Of a stretch of 32,000 nt of DNA, positions 27,312 through 32,000 are shown piece after piece (the stretch's first letter is position 1; each line of letters starts with the position of its first letter). The translations under genes were made by a program, and so were the position numbers. The stretch spans positions 90,001 through 122,000 of the forward strand of contig OZ252021.1 in the NCBI GenBank assembly GCA_965247685.1, given 5' to 3'. The notes below the pieces were generated by a model. The model was given only the letters and a program-made list of their open reading frames with translations, ran no database searches and was not told the origin of the DNA. The DNA is from Bdellovibrionales bacterium (GTDB lineage Bacteria; Bdellovibrionota; Bdellovibrionia; Bdellovibrionales; UBA1609).

Positions 27312-30143
27312 TCATCTCAAGAGCCGAATGAGCTCCTCACGACGATGTTCATTATTAATTTTAACGCTCTTCTCTGCAAAATCAAGAGCCGTCAACCCAT
27401 CTTTATTTGTGGCATCTTTATTAGCTCCTCTCTCCAACAAGAGTCTCACGATTTCTAGATACCCTTTCTCTACTGCTATCATGAGGGCTGTATCACCATC
27501 TTCATTTTTGCCATCTTTTTTAGCTCCACTCTCCAACAAGAGTCTCACGATTTCTGGATGCCCATGCCTTGCTGCATATATGAGGACTGTATCACCAAAT
27601 CCATCTTTGGCATTGACATCAGCTCCACTCTCCAACAAGAGCTTCACAAGTTTTAAATTCCCAATTATTGCTGCATGACTGAGGGCTGTAGAACCAAATC
27701 TATTTTTGGCATCTTTTTTAGCTCCATTATTCAGCAAGAACTTCACGATTTTTAGATCCCCTCCCTCTACTGCAAACATAAGGACCGTAGTACCACCTGC
27801 ATTTTTGTTATTTAGATCAGCTCCACTCTCCAACAAGAATCTCACGATTTCTAGATCCCCTTTCCTTGCTGCTTCCATAAGAGCCGTGCCAGTAAATCCA
27901 GTTACAACATTTAGATCAGCTGCAACATTTAGATCAGCTGCAACATTTAGATCAACTACAACATTTAGATCAGCTCCACTCTCCACCAAGAGCTTCATAA
28001 GTTTTAAATTCCCAATTATTGCTGCATACACAAGAACTGGAACACCATGTGAATTTATGGTATTTACATCTAATAATATCTTAAATCTGGAATTTAAAGC
28101 CTTTTCTATTTTCTGTTTGTTATAAGAAAAAAATACTTGAGAAATCTGCCTTATAAACTCTCTCTTATAAAATACTCTTACATCTTTCCAATTACTCATC
28201 TCTCCTATAATAACTTGTTGCTCTTTTTTTGAAAATAATTCTAACTGAGTAGATAAAAAATCTAAATCTACATCGACTCTCTTTCTTAGCTCTAAATTGA
28301 TTCTCTTTTTTATCTCCCATTGAATTAAAGTAAATAAAGCCAACTTTCTGACTCTAGAATCAATATCTTGACCCTCTATTTTGTCCTTTAAATAATTTTT
28401 AACATATTCTGAAGTGATATTGAGTTTTTCGATTTCTTTTAAGGATAACAAGTTATTTAAAAACTTTATCTGATCCTCTGCATTATTGGATTTTTCTAAC
28501 GAAAGTACGTGTTTATATAAACCTTTAACACTTAATGCTTTAGACGCTGTTTGTGGAATATATATTTCACCCGGTCTAATCGTAATATTATCCAGTCTCC
28601 TGCCTTCTCCCTCTAACACCAACATATCTAATCCCTGATCAGCTCTTGAATACCTATTTTTAAATGGGTATTCATTAGGATGAGGTTGAAACTTTATTAA
28701 ATGAACATTTAACCGAGGTAAAATCTGCTCCTCAATATATCCACTTGTTATACCATTATTGGAGATACCATTAAGATCCCCTACATCTTTAGGAAGACCT
28801 AATTTATATCCTAATTCCTCTAAACTCAGTCTTATACCTTCTAGTGTAGGAAGAAGTAAATGATTGGGAAAGTCTTGTATCTTATCAACAAAAGCTACCT
28901 GCTCCTTTTCTCCTCTTTCATTTTCAGCAGAACCCAAGACTACTGCAATATGCCCTGAAGATTTATAATTCTCACCTGTCAAAGTAAAATAAAGATAATT
29001 AGGATCTAAAGCTTTCTCAAAATAATATTCCGTCGCGCAATCTCCACTCAAACAGGATCTAAATGGGGACTCTTGTATGGATAAGCTTCTCAATCGAAGA
29101 GTTTTCCTATAACCTTCCTTATAGGGCTGATTTTCTATATCATTTTCTATTCTTAGCAGTTGTGTAGAAACATCTCCATTAGATTTAACATTTAAGGATT
29201 CTCTTAACTCAGTAAATTGCCCTTCAAATCCTAACTCAATCGCTATAGCATTTCTTTCTGATATAATTTTACGAACAGCATCTATTCTCTCTATTGGATT
29301 TTTACTTTTCAAAGAAGCCTCATAAAGAGGATTTCCAAAACCTGCTGTATCCACTAAATCCACCATAGCTTGTGATATGTATCGAACATCTCTTTTATCT
29401 GCCAATAACTTATCTCTTGCTTGTTTTAAAATCTTATAGAATCCTATAACTTTTTCCCTATAAGGAGTGGAAGAGTTTTCTATAAATTTCAAATTTTCTT
29501 CATTGATGAATTTATTAAAATAATTTTTAAAATCTTCCACTTGTTTTTGTTTCCACTCTTTTCGTTTTTGCCCTTTTAAATTGGAAGATGGTGGAGCTTC
29601 TTGAAAATCAAGTATTTTATGCCAAAATCCAATATTGGCTTCTATTTGAAATAAATTATTTCTTCGCCTCTTAGATGATTTTTTAAAGTTTTGGATAAAT
29701 TGAATCAAACTTTGAGATTGTTCATATTCTTTAATAGAAATTTCCAGAATCTGCTCTCGAAGAGATGGTTTAGAAAGTTCAGGATATTTTTCTAAAATTT
29801 GAAACAGAAGAGTGAAATATTTGTCTTTATTTATTTTTTCATTAAAATCTCCAAACCAATTTTTTAAATATAATTCCAATAAATCTGCTTGTTTCTCTCC
29901 AAGAAATAAACCTTGAGTCATCGCTTCTGCAAAGGCTCTTGGAGTCTTAGGTTTTGTCTTAGATTTTGTATCAGCTCTTACTGATTGTCCAGAAAAGACT
30001 TTATTTCTAATATTGATAAAAAGCTTTCTACATAGGTCTTTTGTGTAGGTTTGAGAAGGCAGTATAAACAAAACCACCATAGAAATGTAGAAGACTCTTT
30101 TATATCTGTACTGAAAACTACTTTTTAATCCTTTAAATATCAT
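27312..30143 (-). CDS. Array gene C: signal-anchor + conserved unknown module + ~7 ankyrin repeats
   Basis: 943 aa. The N-terminal two thirds are nearly identical to A. The ankyrin tail is the last ~253 aa (nt ~27315-28073). Confidence 0.85.
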   Translation of the reverse strand: MIFKGLKSSFQYRYKRVFYISMVVLFILPSQTYTKDLCRKLFINIRNKVFSGQSVRADTKSKTKPKTPRAFAEAMTQGLFLGEKQADLLELYLKNWFGDFNEKINKDKYFTLLFQILEKYPELSKPSLREQILEISIKEYEQSQSLIQFIQNFKKSSKRRRNNLFQIEANIGFWHKILDFQEAPPSSNLKGQKRKEWKQKQVEDFKNYFNKFINEENLKFIENSSTPYREKVIGFYKILKQARDKLLADKRDVRYISQAMVDLVDTAGFGNPLYEASLKSKNPIERIDAVRKIISERNAIAIELGFEGQFTELRESLNVKSNGDVSTQLLRIENDIENQPYKEGYRKTLRLRSLSIQESPFRSCLSGDCATEYYFEKALDPNYLYFTLTGENYKSSGHIAVVLGSAENERGEKEQVAFVDKIQDFPNHLLLPTLEGIRLSLEELGYKLGLPKDVGDLNGISNNGITSGYIEEQILPRLNVHLIKFQPHPNEYPFKNRYSRADQGLDMLVLEGEGRRLDNITIRPGEIYIPQTASKALSVKGLYKHVLSLEKSNNAEDQIKFLNNLLSLKEIEKLNITSEYVKNYLKDKIEGQDIDSRVRKLALFTLIQWEIKKRINLELRKRVDVDLDFLSTQLELFSKKEQQVIIGEMSNWKDVRVFYKREFIRQISQVFFSYNKQKIEKALNSRFKILLDVNTINSHGVPVLVYAAIIGNLKLMKLLVESGADLNVVVDLNVAADLNVAADLNVVTGFTGTALMEAARKGDLEIVRFLLESGADLNNKNAGGTTVLMFAVEGGDLKIVKFLLNNGAKKDAKNRFGSTALSHAAIIGNLKLVKLLLESGADVNAKDGFGDTVLIYAARHGHPEIVRLLLESGAKKDGKNEDGDTALMIAVEKGYLEIVRLLLERGANKDATNKDGLTALDFAEKSVKINNEHRREELIRLLR
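27906..27977. repeat. In-frame 18-bp tandem repeat, 4 copies, inside the ankyrin tail of gene C
   Basis: aacatttagatcagctgc x4 (27906-23, 27924-41, 27942-59, 27960-77) encodes ADLNVV-VDLNVA-ADLNVA-ADLNVV. Confidence 0.9.
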
Positions 30144-30465
30144 CCCATTAAATCCTCTAATGCATTATTAAATATAAAAGGTTTTTATAATTGTTAAATG
30201 TCATTCCAATTAACTCCTGTTAGAGACGAGCTATATGAAAAAAAACTACTTTTATTTATGTAAAGATAAACTATCACGATGCACTGAAAATATCCATCAA
30301 ACAAGAGTGAAGTGTGTAATTTTTACACTTACCTTAGAATACTCATCCCACTCGCCTAAGTTGGTTTACGGTACAGGCAACATTAAAAACGTACTGTTTA
30401 GTTTAGTTTTCTTTTGTTGAATTTTTCATTACCATTAGATGAGCTATGGTTAAAGAATTTCAGTC
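30144..30465. repeat. Conserved inter-paralogue leader/spacer, copy 3 (upstream of gene C)
   Basis: Homologous to 23934-24224 and 27024-27311. Confidence 0.85.
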
Positions 30466-32000
30466 TCATTTCAAAAGCTGAATGAATTTCTCACGATATT
30501 CACCATTAGTGTTCTTCTTTGCAAAATCAAGAGCCATATGACCATATTTATTTTTAGAATTTTTATTAGCTCCACTCTCTACCAATAACTCTACGATTTT
30601 TAGATACCCATGCCTTGCTGCATACATGAGGGCTGTCTGACCATTTTTACTTTTGGCATTTTTATTAGCTCCACTCTCCACCAATAACTCCGCGATGTCT
30701 AGATTTCCTTTCCCTGCTGCGTACATGAGTGCTGTATAACCATTTATATTTGTGGCATCTATATCAGCTCCCCGAGCCAGCAAAAAATCCACAAATTCTC
30801 GATCCCCTTCCTCTGCTGCTTGAATGAGAGCTGTCTCACCCCATCTATTTTTGGCATCTATATCAGCTCCTCTAGCCAGCAAAAAATCCACAAATTCTCG
30901 ATCCCCTTTCTTTGCTGCGTACATGAGGGCTGTCTCACTAAAAGAACTTCTAGCATTTATATCCAATAATATCTTAAATTTAGAATTTAAAACCTCCTCT
31001 ATCTGCTGTTCGTTTTCAGAAAAAAATACTTGAGAAATCTGCCTTATAAACTCTCTCTTATAAAATACTCTTACATCTTTCCAATTACTCATCTCTCCTA
31101 TAATAACTTGTTGCTCTTTTTTTGAAAATAATTCTAACTGAGTAGATAAAAAATCTAAATCTACATCGACTCTCTTTCCTAGCTCTAAATTGATTCTCTT
31201 TTTTAGCTCCCATTGAATTAAAGTAAATAAAGTCAACTTTCTGACTCTAGAATCAATATCTTGACCCTCTATTTTGTCCTTTAAATAACTTTTAACATAT
31301 TCTGAAGTGATATTGAGTCCTTCGATTTCTTTTAAGGATAACAAGTTATTTAAAAACTTTATCTGATCCTCTGTCTCATTGGATTTTCCTAACGAAAGTA
31401 CAGGTTCATATAAACCTCTAACACTTAATTCTTCAGACGCTGTTTGTGGAATATATATTTCACCCGGTCTAATCGTAATATTATCCAGTCCCCTGCCTTC
31501 TTCCTCTAGCACCAACATATCTAATCCCTGATCAGCTCTTGAATACTCATCTGAATACTCATTTTCAAATGGGTATTCATTAGGATGAGGTTGAAACTTT
31601 CTTAAACGAACTTTTAACTGAGGTAAAATCTTCTCCTTAAGATAGCCCCTTGTTATATCATCATTAGAGATGTCATTATGATCTCCTACATTTTTAGGGA
31701 GACCTAGTTTATATCCTAATTCCTTTAAACTCAGTCTTATACCTTCTAGTGTAGGAAGAAGTAAATGATTGGGAAAGTCTTGTATCTTATCAACAAAAGC
31801 TACCTGCTCCTTTTCTCCTCTTTCATTTTCAGCAGAACCCAAGACTACTGCAATATGCCCTGAAGATTTATAATTCTCACCTGTCAAAGTAAAATAAAGA
31901 TAATTAGGATCTAAAGCTTTCTCAAAATAATATTCCGTCGCGCAATCTCCACTCAAACAGGATCTAAATGGGGACTCTTGTATGGATAAGCTTCTCAATC
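30466..32000 (-). CDS. Array gene D (5' end beyond the window): conserved unknown module + ~5 ankyrin repeats
   Basis: The open frame reaches the window edge. The M at 31998 in the ORF track is a TTG (Leu in the paralogues: ..LRLRSLSIQ), so the gene is truncated by the window. The 3' ~100 nt and the downstream flank are identical to gene A. Confidence 0.85.
   Translation of the reverse strand, partial: LRSLSIQESPFRSCLSGDCATEYYFEKALDPNYLYFTLTGENYKSSGHIAVVLGSAENERGEKEQVAFVDKIQDFPNHLLLPTLEGIRLSLKELGYKLGLPKNVGDHNDISNDDITRGYLKEKILPQLKVRLRKFQPHPNEYPFENEYSDEYSRADQGLDMLVLEEEGRGLDNITIRPGEIYIPQTASEELSVRGLYEPVLSLGKSNETEDQIKFLNNLLSLKEIEGLNITSEYVKSYLKDKIEGQDIDSRVRKLTLFTLIQWELKKRINLELGKRVDVDLDFLSTQLELFSKKEQQVIIGEMSNWKDVRVFYKREFIRQISQVFFSENEQQIEEVLNSKFKILLDINARSSFSETALMYAAKKGDREFVDFLLARGADIDAKNRWGETALIQAAEEGDREFVDFLLARGADIDATNINGYTALMYAAGKGNLDIAELLVESGANKNAKSKNGQTALMYAARHGYLKIVELLVESGANKNSKNKYGHMALDFAKKNTNGEYREKFIQLLK

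Noticed and set aside
30235-30420. 61-aa plus-strand ORF inside the inter-paralogue spacer
   Set aside because: The frame is not conserved. The equivalent ATG in copy 1 (24018) is shifted by the 7- versus 8-nt A-run and stops after ~25 codons. In copy 2 (27115) it stops after 7 codons.

Overview
AT-rich (by eye about one-third G+C) bacterial chromosomal window. All calls come from reading the sequence and the ORF translations; no database search or folding was possible, and E. coli rRNA numbering is from memory.

Positions 1-20,100 are compact, ordinary housekeeping DNA:
- a partial protease-like gene, topA, infA and a Lys-rich histone-H1-like repeat protein
- metG, a DUF1343/NamZ-like gene, an Slt-type lytic transglycosylase, htpX and ftsH
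- a ComEC homologue split into two overlapping ORFs
- ruvB-ruvA-ruvC, a TPR protein, efp, tRNA-Cys and a ComM/YifB ATPase

From about 20,150 the character changes:
- a tRNA-Gly(GCC) with a decayed partial duplicate
- an orphan secreted protein
- an isolated ~130-nt fragment of 23S rRNA domain V
- from 21,471 to the right edge, a head-to-tail array of at least four highly similar 2.5-2.8 kb genes on the minus strand, each preceded by a conserved ~290-bp leader

Each array gene encodes three parts: an N-terminal signal-anchor, a conserved ~690-aa module I cannot assign to any known family (it contains an invariant Cys..His..Asp block), and a C-terminal ankyrin-repeat tail. The tail differs between copies in repeat number and sequence. 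The copies are mosaics of one another and carry in-frame 18-, 60- and 99-bp repeat-number differences. This array, a candidate diversifying eukaryote-directed effector family, is the most interesting thing in the window.
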